62,963 nt of DNA, filler included, from Octopus bimaculoides (GCF_001194135.2; 7 parts of 7 records of this genome joined end to end with filler, not necessarily neighbours in it); one strand, 5' to 3'. Positions 38,908 through 50,713 are shown, numbered from the whole stretch's first letter. Notes: a model not told the origin generated them from the letters alone. A program made the numbers and translations.

Positions 38908-38953
<46 letters not shown>

Positions 38954-39131
38954 AAACAGAGAGAGAATGAAAACAGTGTGTAGAGTTCAGCGGTCCAAAT
39001 ATCTATNNNNNNNNNNNNNNNNNNNNNNNNNNNNNNNNNNNNNNNNNNNNTTAATTAATTAANNNNNNNNNNNNNNNNNNNNNNNNNNNNNNNNNNNNNN
39101 NNNNNNACACACACACACACACACACACACA

Positions 39132-39310
39132 CATAGTTGAAATTTACAGAAAAAAAAAAAAAAACGAAGACAGGTTTTATAAACAACAAGCAGGTGTATT
39201 AGTTTGATGCTTGGGTAGGTGAGAAAGTCTTTTACGTTTCGAGCCTACGCTCTTCAACTGAAAAGAACACGGGGAAATAAACAGAGAGAGAATAAAAATC
39301 TTCTGGAGTT
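39132..39310 (-). mobile_element. Penelope-like terminal repeat remnant carrying a degenerate minimal hammerhead ribozyme (39228-39266)
   Basis: Minus strand TCTTTT-CAGTTGA-A-GAGC-GTAG-GCTC-GAAAC-GT-A-AAAGA: stem II intact, GAAAC-GTA, stem I TCTTT/AAAGA; core CUGANGA mutated. Confidence 0.65.
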
Positions 39311-39486
39311 AGCGGTCAATCATAATGGTTCAGGCATGGCGATCGTTCGTTTGACAAGACGAACTTTCACATCAGCACAAGGTTGTAATTATCATAAGAT
39401 AAAACTACCTGTATACATGCTAGAAATAGCAGCCAAATCTCCCTCGAATGATACCCTGCTGTTTTTAAAAAAGAAAGATAACGCGT

Positions 39487-39555
39487 GAAGGTTGTGACTG
39501 CGCGGGAAGGTCGTGACTGAGTGGGAAGGTCATGACTGCGTGGGAAGGTCGTGAC
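39487..39555. repeat. 19-bp minisatellite GAAGGTCGTGACTGCGTGG x3.6
   Basis: Units start at 39487, 39506, 39525 and 39544. Confidence 0.9.
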
Positions 39556-39644
39556 ATCAAAAGTGCCATTGGAGCCAAGCAATTACTCTTTGCATACCAG
39601 TTCAACAATATGTAGTTAATGCAGTCAATATTCTTGCACACTAA

Positions 39645-40233
39645 GGCGGCGAGCTGGCAGAAACGTTAGCACGCCGGGCGAAATGCTTAGTGTATTTCAT
39701 CAGTCTTACGTTCTGAGCTCAAATTCCACCTAGGTCGACTTTGCCTTTCATCCTTTCGGTGTCGATAAATTAAGTACCAGTTGCGTACTGAGGTCGATGT
39801 AATCGACTGGTCCCACCCCAAAAATGTCGGGCCTTGTGCCTAAAGCAGAAAAGATTCTTTAAAGGCGGCGAGCTGGCAGAAACGTTACCACGCCGGGCGA
39901 AATGCTTAGCGGTATTTCGTCTGTCTTTACGTTCTGAGTTCAAATTCCGCCGAGGTCGACTTTGCCTTTCATCCTTTCGAGATCGATAAATTAAGTACCA
40001 ATTGCGTACTGGGGTCANNNNNNNNNNNNNNNNNNNNNNNNNNNNNNNNNNNNNNNNNNNNNNNNNNNNNNNNNNNNNNNNNNNNNNNNNNNNNNNNNNN
40101 NNNNNNNNNNNNNNNNNNNNNNNNNNNNNNNNNNNNNNNNNNNNNNNNNNNNNNNNNNNNNNNNNNNNNNNNNNNNNNNNNNNNNNNNNNNNNNNNNNNN
40201 NNNNNNNNNNNNNNNNNNNGAGTAGAAAAGAAT
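39645..40233 (+). mobile_element. Head-to-tail pair of young SINE family B copies (39645-39857; 39864-40233 across a gap)
   Basis: Both begin GGCGGCGAGCTGGCAGAAACGTTA and carry GAG(C/T)TCAAATTCC; near-identical bodies. Confidence 0.92.
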
Positions 40234-40393
40234 ATCGACGCTTTTAGGTGAGGGCGGCCATTTTTGGTCTGCTGTATAAGCCTGTGTAGACTCAGGGATC
40301 TGGATTGGGGCGGCAAACTCAAAAACTGTCCCGGACAGGACGCTAGATACGACACTGTCTGGGTATGTTTTTTTCTTCTTATAATCTTCTCTA

Positions 40394-40594
40394 TTAAAGG
40401 CACAAGGCCTGAAATTTTGGATGAGAGGACTAGTCGATTAAATCGACCCAGTATTTCACTGGTATTTAACTTATCGACCCCGAAAGGATGAAAGGCAAAG
40501 TCGACCTCGGCGGAATTTGAACTCAGAATGTAAAGTCGGATGAAATGCCGCTAAGCATTTTGCCCGGCGCGCTAATGATTCTGCCAGCTCACCA
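40394..40594 (-). mobile_element. SINE family B, full length
   Basis: AGGCACAAGGCCTGAAATT...CGGCGGAATTTGAACTCAGAA...CTGCCAGCTCACCACC. Confidence 0.9.
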
Positions 40595-40930
40595 CCTGAG
40601 GTCTTTTGATAGACCTTGTTTTTGTCCAGCTATGTTTCTCACAACCATCTTTACAAGGCTGGCTTGGTGAGGATGCGAGATTAGTTGTCGACGATTAAAT
40701 GATGTTACAGATTACTCTGTATTATAGATTATCAGTAACATTCAAAGAGAACTGGCATTAATACTGTGTGTATACCAGTCCAGTACAACATTAAAACATC
40801 TTAACCGTACAGTTACACCCATACACTTACCGTCTGTATATTAATCCATCACAAATGGCACAAGCGTAGCCGTATAGTTAAAAAACTTCCGAACCGTGTA
40901 GTTTTAGGTTGAACACAACTGCGTGGATAC

Positions 40931-41265
40931 GAAGGCATATGGCTCAGTGGTTACAGCATCAGGCTTACAATCATGAGGTAGAGAGTTCGATTCCCGGATC
41001 GGGCTGTGTGTTGTGTTCTTCAGCAAGACGCTTTATTTCATGTTGCTCCACTTCACTCAGTTGTAGAAATGAGTTATGATGTCACTGGTGCCAAACTATA
41101 TCAGCCTTTGCCTTTCCCTTGGATAATATTGGTGGTGTGGAGATGAGAGGTTGGTATGCATGGGTAACTGCTGGTCTTCCACAAATAACCATGCCCGAAC
41201 TTGTGCCTCAGTGGGTAGCTTTCTAGATGCAATCCCATGGTCATTCATGACTAAAGGGGGTCGTC
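40931..41265 (+). mobile_element. tRNA-derived CORE-like SINE, family D, nested in a family A copy (40855-41415)
   Basis: A box TGGCTCAGTGG, B box GAGTTCGATTCC, CORE-like CAGCAAGACGCTTTATTTCATGTTGCTCCACTTCACTCAGTTGTAGAAATG; A head on the left and A 3' end on the right. Confidence 0.8.
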
Positions 41266-41785
41266 CCCGTAACCTGGCAGTTCGGCAAAAAAGGAAACCG
41301 ATAGAATAAGTGCCAGGTTTTACAAACAGTACCAGTGTCGATTTGTTCGACTAAAACCTAAAAGCGATACTCCAGCATGGCCACAGGCAAGTGATTGAAA
41401 CAAATGAAAAATGAAATAAAACACTAATGGATTCATATAATTAATGTCTTTATAATAATAAACCATCTCACATTGAAACCTTTCACCGATAATGATATGT
41501 AATTACTCATTGCTAACGTTAAACACATATAACTAATAGGATTGTTACAGATTAATTTGTGGTTTAATAAACATGTTTACGTTCCACCTACGTTGGAATT
41601 TCTGACCAACGGGAGTCTAAATATGTCGACAATGGGGCTTGATTCCAAGTGACAGAAAAACATATGAATCACTGTGAAGTACTGAAAATAGACTTACTAT
41701 AAATATCTTATAATTATACACTGAATATAGATTCTCTTCCTCTCTCTCTCTCTCTTTATCGCTTTATGCATACATACGTACATAG

Positions 41786-41816
<31 letters not shown>

Positions 41817-42693
41817 CATAAACACACACACGCATACACATACACACANNNNNNNNNNNNNNNNNNNNNNNNNNNNNNNNNNNNNNNNNNNNNNNNNNNN
41901 NNNNNNNNNNNNNNNNNNNNNNNNNNNNNNNNNNNNNNNNNNNNNNNNNNNNNNNNNNNNNNNNNNNNNNNNNNNNNNNNNNNNNNNNNNNNNNNNNNNN
42001 NNNNNNNNNNNNNNNNNNNNNNNNNNNNNNNNNNNNNNNNNNNNNNNNNNNNNNNNNNNNNNNNNNNNNNNNNNNNNNNNNNNNNNNNNNNNNNNNNNNN
42101 NNNNNNNNNNNNNNNNNNNNNNNNNNNNNNNNNNNNNNNNNNNNNNNNNNNNNNNNNNNNNNNNNNNNNNNNNNNNNNNNNNNNNNNNNNNNNNNNNNNN
42201 NNNNNNNNNNNNNNNNNNNNNNNNNNNNNNNNNNNNNNNNNNNNNNNNNNNNNNNNNNNNNNNNNNNNNNNNNNNNNNNNNNNNNNNNNNNNNNNNNNNN
42301 NNNNNNNNNNNNNNNNNNNNNNNNNNNNNNNNNNNNNNNNNNNNNNNNNNNNNNNNNNNNNNNNNNNNNNNNNNNNNNNNNNNNNNNNNNNNNNNNNNNN
42401 NNNNNNNNNNNNNNNNNNNNNNNNNNNNNNNNNNNNNNNNNNNNNNNNNNNNNNNNNNNNNNNNNNNNNNNNNNNNNNNNNNNNNNNNNNNNNNNNNNNN
42501 NNNNNNNNNNNNNNNNNNNNNNNNNNNNNNNNNNNNNNNNNNNNNNNNNNNNNNNNNNNNNNNNNNNNNNNNNNNNNNNNNNNNNNNNNNNNNNNNNNNN
42601 NNNNNNNNNNNNNNNNNNNNNNNNNNNNNNNNNNNNNNNNNNNNNNNNNNNNNNNNNNNNNNNNNNNNNNNNTTGTGTTTGTGTGAGTGTGTG

Positions 42694-42724
<31 letters not shown>

Positions 42725-43324
42725 CTGTCTGTCTGTCTGTCTGTGTTTGTGTATTTATGGTCGCTTTCTCCTTTAATTCTTTGAATTCTTCCGATAAGAA
42801 GGAGGCTGGTTTCTAAGAAAAATAGTTTCTATCAAAGGAATTCAGATAATAGCAGTGCATAAATACATATTGAGGTTAATTTTAGAAAAGTCTTGCATAC
42901 TTTTACTATTCCACTTGTAGAATGAATTTACATGGAAACCCTTTCTTTTCAACATCACTGCTTAAATAATAAATATTTGTCAATAATTTAACGTACATAT
43001 GTAACTTTATGATTTGGGTCGAAAACTTGTGGGTTTTGATGCTTTTCACTATAAGTATGCCCTCTTTCTCACTAGTATGAATGAACTGTTCTCACCTATG
43101 TATGTATGTATGTATGTATGTATGTATGTATGTATGGATGGATGGATGGATGATTGGATTGTTGGATGGAAGGATGGATGTATAGATGATTGCATGGATA
43201 TATGTATGTATGTAAGTGTGTATGTATGTATGTATGTATGTATGTATGTATGTATGTATGTATGTATGCATGTGTATGCATGTATGTGTGCATCTATGTA
43301 CGCATGTATGTATGTATTTTGGAT

Positions 43325-43650
43325 GCAGCACAGTTGAGTGGTTTAAAAGTTCATTTCAGAATTACGAGATACCAGGTTCGATCGCACAGCTAGGCATTTT
43401 GGGCAAGCATCTTATTACCATAGCCACGTACCGACGCAAGACTTCGTGATTTGAGCTGACGGAAACAGCTCGGAATCTCGTAGGGTGGACTGTACCCTAA
43501 TTCAAAAGGTCTAACCTTGTCACACTCTGTGAAACTGATTCTACCTGAGAATTTCGTTAATGGTGTACATGTCACTGGAGTACTCAGTCAGTCACACGCT
43601 CGTTCAATGTTATTCAATTGATTGAACAAGTGAGTAGTTATCGTCGAAAT
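43325..43650 (+). mobile_element. Old chimeric SINE: family A 5' half joined to family C 3' half
   Basis: GGTTCGATC..TTGGGCAAGCATCTT..GACGGAAAC followed by AATTCAAAAGGTCTAACCTTGTCACACTCTGTG..GAGAATTTCGTTAA..GGAGTACTCAG. Confidence 0.7.
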
Positions 43651-43771
43651 TGAAGGAGATCCATATATTTTATTTGTTTATGTAATGTTTATGTATTATC
43701 TTTGTATGCGTGCGTTTGTGCATGTGTGTGCACGTGTTTATGCATTCGTGTATGTGTGCCTGTGCATAAAT

Positions 43772-43927
43772 ACACGGGAAATCACCCCTGGTTCGAACCT
43801 CGCTAGACAGATCGATAGGCCTTTCTTGATCCTTCCACCAACTAAGAACGACATAGACGTTCTTCGTTGGTGGAACGACCCGTCTGGTTGATTCCGTTAA
43901 CGAACGAGACTCCAGCCTGCTAACTAG
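43772..43927 (+). pseudogene. 18S rRNA gene fragment (3' major domain) with a local inversion
   Basis: ACACGGGAAA..GACAGATCGATAG..TTTCTTGAT and GTTCTTCGTTGGTGGA..GTCTGGTTGATTCCGTTAACGAACGAGACTCCAGCCTGCTAACTAG match universally conserved SSU blocks. Confidence 0.9.
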
Positions 43928-44127
43928 CGCCATCGCTTAGTGTAACTCAGTAGCTTAGCTAGTATGTGCCACCCAGTGCGGTCCTTGAATTATCCCCACT
44001 CCTGTATACGGACTTATACAGCAGACCCTAAAGTGGGGCCTTCATAAAAGAAACATTTGGTGTAGATGACTCCCCTCGCTCTGCGCTTGCATAGCTAGCG
44101 AGGAGTGACGGGAGTGGTATGTCTCGA

Positions 44128-44945
44128 ATAACGCTTGACAGCTGTTGTTGCATTGTTTGCGTCTCCGTAACTTAGCGGTGTGTGTGCGTGTGGGATGTAT
44201 GTATTCATGAGTGTGTATCTTTGTGTTTGTGTTCTGGTAGTCCCCTACCGCTTGGCAACCGTTGTTCCTTTGTTTGGATCCCCATAACCTAGTGGTCCTG
44301 CAAAAACAATAAATAGAATAAATAGACACAAAAAAGTTCGACTAAATTTGTTCAGCTAATCCCCCGCAAGGCCAGTTTGGCCGTAGTCCAGTAACTGAAA
44401 CAAATAAAACACAAAAGATAAAAGATCCGACAAATTGGCAAATAGTCTTTTACCAACATGTTACAGCAACAAGTCTCACAGAACTATCATTCCACAATTG
44501 TCTCTTCTCCCGCTACTGCAATGTTTCTGGTTTTTCACCCCATCAACCTCTTATTCTAATTCTTCTCTTAGCTCCGATGAAGCTATAACGTGATACACGA
44601 ACAGTTAACTATGAGAGCATTGCATCTTGTAGCAGAAACATCTGCAAGCAAGTGAAGTTCATTGCATAATTCATTGTGCCCTTGTCATTTAAATAGTCTC
44701 TTATTACGCTCTATACTCGACTAACGTCTTTCTGTGGAGTGTAGTCTTTTATTCTTTTATTTGTTTCAGTCATTTGACTGCGGCCATGCTGGAGCAGCGC
44801 CTTTAGTCGAAGATATCGATCCCAGTACTTATTCTTTATAAGCCTAGTACTTATTCTATCGATTTCTTTTGCCGAACAGGGACGTAAACACACCAACATC
44901 GGTTGTCAAGCGATGGTTGGGGACAAAAAGCAGACACACAAACAT
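44128..44945. mobile_element. Two SINE family A fragments: plus strand about 44128-44420 (diverged) and minus strand about 44749-44945
   Basis: CCGTAACTTAGCGGT and GTAACTGAAACAAATAAA; TTTGTTTCAGTCATTTGACTGCGGCCATGCTGGAGCAGCGCC. Confidence 0.8.
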
Positions 44946-45676
44946 ATATATATATATATATTATTCACATATATATACATACATACAAATATATATTTAT
45001 ATATATATATATATGTAGACTAACCAGGCTATCAAATGTTACACATTGCTGGTCACTATNNNNNNNNNNNNNNNNNNNNNNNNNNNNNNNNNNNNNNNNN
45101 NNNTTAATTAATTAANNNNNNNNNNNNNNNNNNNNNNNNNNNNNNNNNNNNNNNNNNNNTCATAAATATGTTGTCAGAATTTCATTTTCCAATTTCCGAG
45201 ATTGTTTCAATCAAACAGTGCATTACAAATACCCTGCATGTAATATTGAAAATCTATTTCTTCAATATATTAATGCATACACACTTAATTTTACAAGCAA
45301 TAGTTTTCTACGCTCTTTTAACATGAAAGTAGATTTTCATTAACTCGCCACGTGAAATACACCAGTATTACATTTTGATACCCGCCACAAACTGAACTCC
45401 AGTGCACCGCGGGGGTCAAAAATACTGGGAACCATTGGATTATACTGATATGTTTGTTATATAGGTTATAGGTAGGTTAATAGGGTTTACAGGGCTTATC
45501 TGTTAAATAGTTAAATACTGCACTGAATCATTTAATTGATGTTTGTTAGTTAATATGAGATGTTATCGAAGATCTCTGATTCAGAAAAGGGAAAGGGGAT
45601 CAGGAGATATTGCAACATGTTTCTAAAAGTATGCTCATATATACATACACAGACACACACACACACACACACACAC

Positions 45677-45732
45677 AGAAAGCTAATCTGTCTGAAATGT
45701 CGATATATATATATATATATATNNNNNNNNNN

Positions 45733-45763
<31 letters not shown>

Positions 45764-45788
45764 GACATTTCAGGCAGATTAGCTTTCT
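45677..45788. repeat. 27-bp inverted repeat (1 mismatch) flanking a (TA)n core with a 10-N gap
   Basis: AGAAAGCTAATCTGTCTGAAATGTCGA at 45677-45703; TCGACATTTCAGGCAGATTAGCTTTCT at 45762-45788. Confidence 0.85.
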
Positions 45789-46391
45789 TTTAAACCTTTT
45801 AAACCCACTAAACTCACTGAAGATAACGGCATATATGAAATTGATAAGGGGACTGTACTGGTACATGGAAGACGATAGTTAGAAAAGGGAATGAGGAAAA
45901 AATAGATAGTAAGAGCGGTGTTAGAGAAAGAAAGAGTGGGAGAAGGATAACACAGAATTCATGAATGTAAGATTATAATAAGGTGTAACAGGAGAAAGGA
46001 AATATGAAATAGACCTAGTAAAAGAAGAAAGAAATATACATTTTAAGAGGGAAACCCAGTTTGAAATAAATCCACAGTGCAAGTTCTTGCGGTGGTCTTC
46101 GTGTTCACACCACAGTTCAGGGAAGTAAGATCACTCGAAGGTTCCGAGTTAAATCTCATCAAAGATGGCATTTCAACAACAGCAAGAGGACACCTAGAAG
46201 TCATCACCTGGGCAGGTCCGGCCCCTTTAGAGTTCTGGGAACAGACGGGCCGAAACACTTGCTTGAGAAGAGTTCTGTCTCTGAAGATTTCTCCTGCTGT
46301 CTGCTCGTCTCTCAGTGAGTTTCCACTTACCGACTCCACAAGTCGTCATTGTTGTAACCTCACATTTCACTAATAATTAAAATAACTGTTA

Positions 46392-46448
46392 CATAATCAA
46401 ATACCAAGTCCATAATCAAATACCAAGTCCATAATCAAATACCAAGTA
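46392..46448. repeat. 19-bp tandem repeat CATAATCAAATACCAAGTC x3
   Basis: Units start at 46392, 46411 and 46430. Confidence 0.95.
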
Positions 46449-47164
46449 TGCCATAATGTCCAAGCATCTCTATAACATATCTTTTAAAGAAAATTTTTGT
46501 TCCTGAATTCTTGACCGTTCGAAGAAACAATGAGTAAACATTTTAAAATTTTCAGCTTCCAATAAAATATATTATATATCCCCATCTTTTAATGTTGAGT
46601 GCTATCTTCTCTCTCCCTCTCTCTTGTTCAAACGAAACGTTTTTATGTGCGTGCGTGAGTGTATGTGCTTTTGTGTGTGCATATATGTATGGATGCCTGT
46701 AAATATATGGATATACAAATGTACAAACAATCGTATCGAATCAGGTTTGAAAAAGAGTGTCAAAAATATACTGCACTACATACAAATATATAGCACATAG
46801 AAATACATTAATATGAAAGACATACAGCCCATTGTGGTTACTAATAGGCTCTTTTTATAAAAGTATTTGATCATATCATGTCTTCGGTTATTCAGTCATG
46901 TTTCGAAAATTATTTTTAAAACATATTAAACTGTGTCTGCATCTGTTATAGTACACAACTTGTCGGTGGTAAAGATATTGCTCCTAAAGTAAAGCCAGTG
47001 TTAATGTTAAAAAAATAAAAAAGAGTAAAGAAATAAAAATAAAAATACTGAGCATAGAAAAATACGGGGGTCCCAACAGAAGTAGCAAACATAAAAACAG
47101 TAGAATGTGGAGAAAGGAAAGACGGGAAGAAAACAATGAAAGGGAAATGAAATAAAATGAAAGG

Positions 47165-47638
47165 GAAGCACATGTATTTCTCACGATATGTGTGTTTGTG
47201 CATAGTTAATCAGATAAATGTGAGGTTATCTAATTGCGTAACAGGTGCTTTTCAAAGTGTCTGCACTTTGCAAACTTCTCTGATCTGGTGTTGAAATTAA
47301 ATTCATCGTTATGTAGGTTTTTGAATATTCTTTACTCAGCTATACGAAATCACACTTTTGCTTTCTTCTAGTGGAGTTTAGCTCTTTCGATAAAATGCTA
47401 CAGTTAATTTGCGACACTTTTCCATTTAATGTTGTAATTAGAAGAAAAGGATAATTTCCCATTAAAAAGAAATGAGAAATGAAGAAAACGGAGAAGCATA
47501 TGTATTTCTCAACATATGTGTGTTGTACATTTGTTCACAGCTAATCAGGTAAATGTGGTATAACCCATATACGTACAGGTGCTTCTCAAAGCATTTGCAC
47601 TTCGTAAATATCCCTGATTTAATGTTGAAATAAAATTC
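47165..47638. repeat. Diverged ~140-bp direct repeat (47165-47304 and 47493-47638)
   Basis: Shared blocks GAAGCA.ATGTATTTCTCA, TAATCAG.TAAATGTG, ACAGGTGCTT.TCAAAG and TGTTGAAAT.AAATTC. Confidence 0.8.
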
Positions 47639-48181
47639 TGGATAGCAGGCCAGGTCGTGTAGCTCATTCCAACCAAGAGAGAGAGAAGCCTTGTCAACTG
47701 ATTTCCTTGACACATGTTCAGTCAAAGACTACATGGCCATCATTCTTGAAGTGGTCTTACTGTGAGCTCCTTCATCAATTACAGTATTTCTATGTCTCCG
47801 TGGTCCCTTGCCTGACAATTGTTAAGCCTAAGCTACCTCAGCCCTTGTTTTTGACAGGAAATGTTTTTGCACTGTCACCCTGTAAGCCCGTTTCACAATC
47901 AAAAGTTAAGTATATCTAACAGTGAATACTTCCAATACAACAGTAAAGTTATAAAAGAAAAAAACAAGGAAGAATAGAAAAGAATTGAAGTTTTCTTTTC
48001 CTCTTTCTGGAGTAAAATGTGAATATAATGGCAGAAGCTAACGGGAAACCACTGTTGTACCATTCACGACAAAACTCATGAATCTTCAGATTTTGGTGTG
48101 GAAGTCCAGGATAGCTGGAACCTATAGACATGGCACATGAGGAGAAAGAGGTGTGTGTGTATGTGAGAGAGAGAGAGAGAG

Positions 48182-48218
<37 letters not shown>

Positions 48219-48976
48219 ATGTGTATACATATGTGTGTGAGTTTATGTGTGTGCATGTGTATAAATGTGTGTGTGCATGAGTATGCATGTGTATATGAGN
48301 NNNNNNNNNNNNNNNNNNNNNNNNNNNNNNNNNNNNNNNNNNNNNNNNNNNNNNNNNNNNNNNNNNNNNNNNNNNNNNNNNNNNNNNNNNNNNNNNNNNN
48401 NNNNNNNNNNNNNNNNNNNNNNNNNNNNNNNNNNNNNNNNNNNNNNNNNNNNNNNNNNNNNNNNNNNNNNNNNNNNNNNNNNNNNNNNNNNNNNNNNNNN
48501 NNNNNNNNNNNNNNNNNNNNNNNNNNNNAGAGAGAGAAAGATGAAAAATTAGAAAGCGAATGAAAGAAAAGGAGATTGGAAGCATAAAGAAAATAAGGGG
48601 GGGGGGAATAAGTTGGAGCGAAAAACAAAATAAATAATTTAAGCACAAAGGAATAAGTGTGAGCTGCAAACTAAAGCAAAACGAGTATGAATAAGAGGAA
48701 GAATAAGATTAGAATAGTGAAAAGAGGTGGGGGAACTAAGGGGAAATGAGAGAAATATGAGAGAAAACAGGATTAAGCGGGGACGAAAAGAAAGAAAGAA
48801 AGAAAGAAAGAAATTTGATTAAACGAAAGAGAACAGAAAAAGACTGAATTTAAAAGAGATGGAAAAGAGATCGGGAAGTTGAGGTGATAACGAAGGATTT
48901 TGGAAAGGGAATAAGAGAGTTTGTAGGAGAATGAAAGAGATAGAAAGATGTGTAGTGTAGAATGAGAGAGAAGATT

Positions 48977-49008
<32 letters not shown>

Positions 49009-49189
49009 AAGAGTGAGAGAGAGACAGAAAGAGTGAGAGAGAGAGAGACAGAAAGAGTGAGAGAGAGACAGAAAGAGTGAGAGAGAGACAGAAAGAGTGA
49101 GAGAGAGACAGAAAGAGTGAGAGAGGGAGAGTATTATAATTGTGCATTTGTGTGTGTGTAAAGGAGATACGTGAGAAGTAAACGTGTGA

Positions 49190-49227
<38 letters not shown>

Positions 49228-50713
49228 GAGAGAGAAAGAGAAGGAGAGAGAAGAGGGAAAGAGATAAAAAAGATAGAGTGCAGATAAAAAGAAGATTATT
49301 GCGTGAGTGACCAAAAGAAAGCGAGATATTGAAGACAAGGAGAAAGAGAGAGATTATAAGAAGTAAAGAGGGTGAAAGAGAGGGTGAAAGAGAGAAAGAG
49401 CAAGAGAGATGGAGAGGAGGAGATGTATGAAACAAAAAGAAAAAGCTGATCATTTTACTGCCCTCAACAAAAGCTTTAGTCAATATCAAACCGTCCTCAG
49501 TCGTTAGAAACTATCAAAACACTACTTGAACGGATAAGCTTTATTCTCTCTCTCTCTCTCTCTCGCTTCTCTGTCTCCCCTCTCGCTTACAGATACACAC
49601 TCTCTCTCTCGCTCACATACATACACCCTCTCTCTCGTACACACATACACACACTCTTTCTCTCTGGTAATTTTTCACGAATGAAACAGCAAAAGATGAT
49701 GACAAACACTCAATGACGTTACATCGACGACGACGACGAATGGTGTGTCTGTCTGCTGTATGTCTGTATTTCTGTCTGCCTGCCTGTCTGTCTGTCTGTC
49801 TGCCTGCCTGTCTGTCTGTCTGTCTGTCTGTCTGTCTGCCTGCCTGTTTGTGCTGTATTTGTTTAAACACCAGTTATCTGATTAAAAGGCAATTTCCCAC
49901 ATCAGCNNNNNNNNNNNNNNNNNNNNNNNNNNNNNNNNNNNNNNNNNNNNNNNNNNNNNNNNNNNNNNNNNNNNNNNNNNNNNNNNNNNNNNNNNNNNNN
50001 NNNNNNNNNNNNNNNNNNNNNNNNNNNNNNNNNNNNNNNNNNNNNNNNNNNNNNNNNNNNNNNNNNNNNNNNNNNNNNNNNNNNNNNNNNNNNNNNNNNN
50101 NNNNNNNNNNNNNNNNNNNNNNNNNNNNNNNNNNNNNNNNNNNNNNNNNNNNNNNNNNNNNNNNNNNNNNNNNNNNNNNNNNNNNNNNNNNNNNNNNNNN
50201 NNNNNNNNNNNNNNNNNNNNNNNNNNNNNNNNNNNNNNNNNNNNNNNNNNNNNNNNNNNNNNNNNNNNNNNNNNNNNNNNNNNNNNNNNNNNNNNNNNNN
50301 NNNNNNNNNNNNNNNNNNNNNNNNNNNNNNNNNNNNNNNNNNNNNNNNNNNNNNNNNNNNNNNNNNNNNNNNNNNNNNNNNNNNNNNNNNNNNNNNNNNN
50401 NNNNNNNNNNNNNNNNNNNNNNNNNNNNNNNNNNNNNNNNNNNNNNNNNNNNNNNNNNNNNNNNNNNNNNNNNNNNNNNNNNNNNNNNNNNNNNNNNNNN
50501 NNNNNNNNNNNNNNNNNNNNNNNNNNNNNNNNNNNNNNNNNNNNNNNNNNNNNNNNNNNNNNNNNNNNNNNNNNNNNNNNNNNNNNNNNNNNNNNNNNNN
50601 NNNNNNNNNNNNNNNNNNNNNNNNNNNNNNNNNNNNNNNNNNNNNNNNNNNNNNNNNNNNNNNNNNNNNNNNNNNNNNNNNNNNNNNNNNNNNNNNNNNN
50701 NNNNNNNNNNNNN

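Noticed and set aside
39487-39555. CRISPR-like array (also 46392-46448 and 59591-59695)
   Set aside because: Contiguous tandem units with no unique spacers, in a eukaryotic context with no cas genes.
41766-42686. Long ORFs spanning N runs (also 13759-14614, 49713-50840, 53873-54931, 55385-56396, 59529-60530)
   Set aside because: Open only because N codons are untranslatable.
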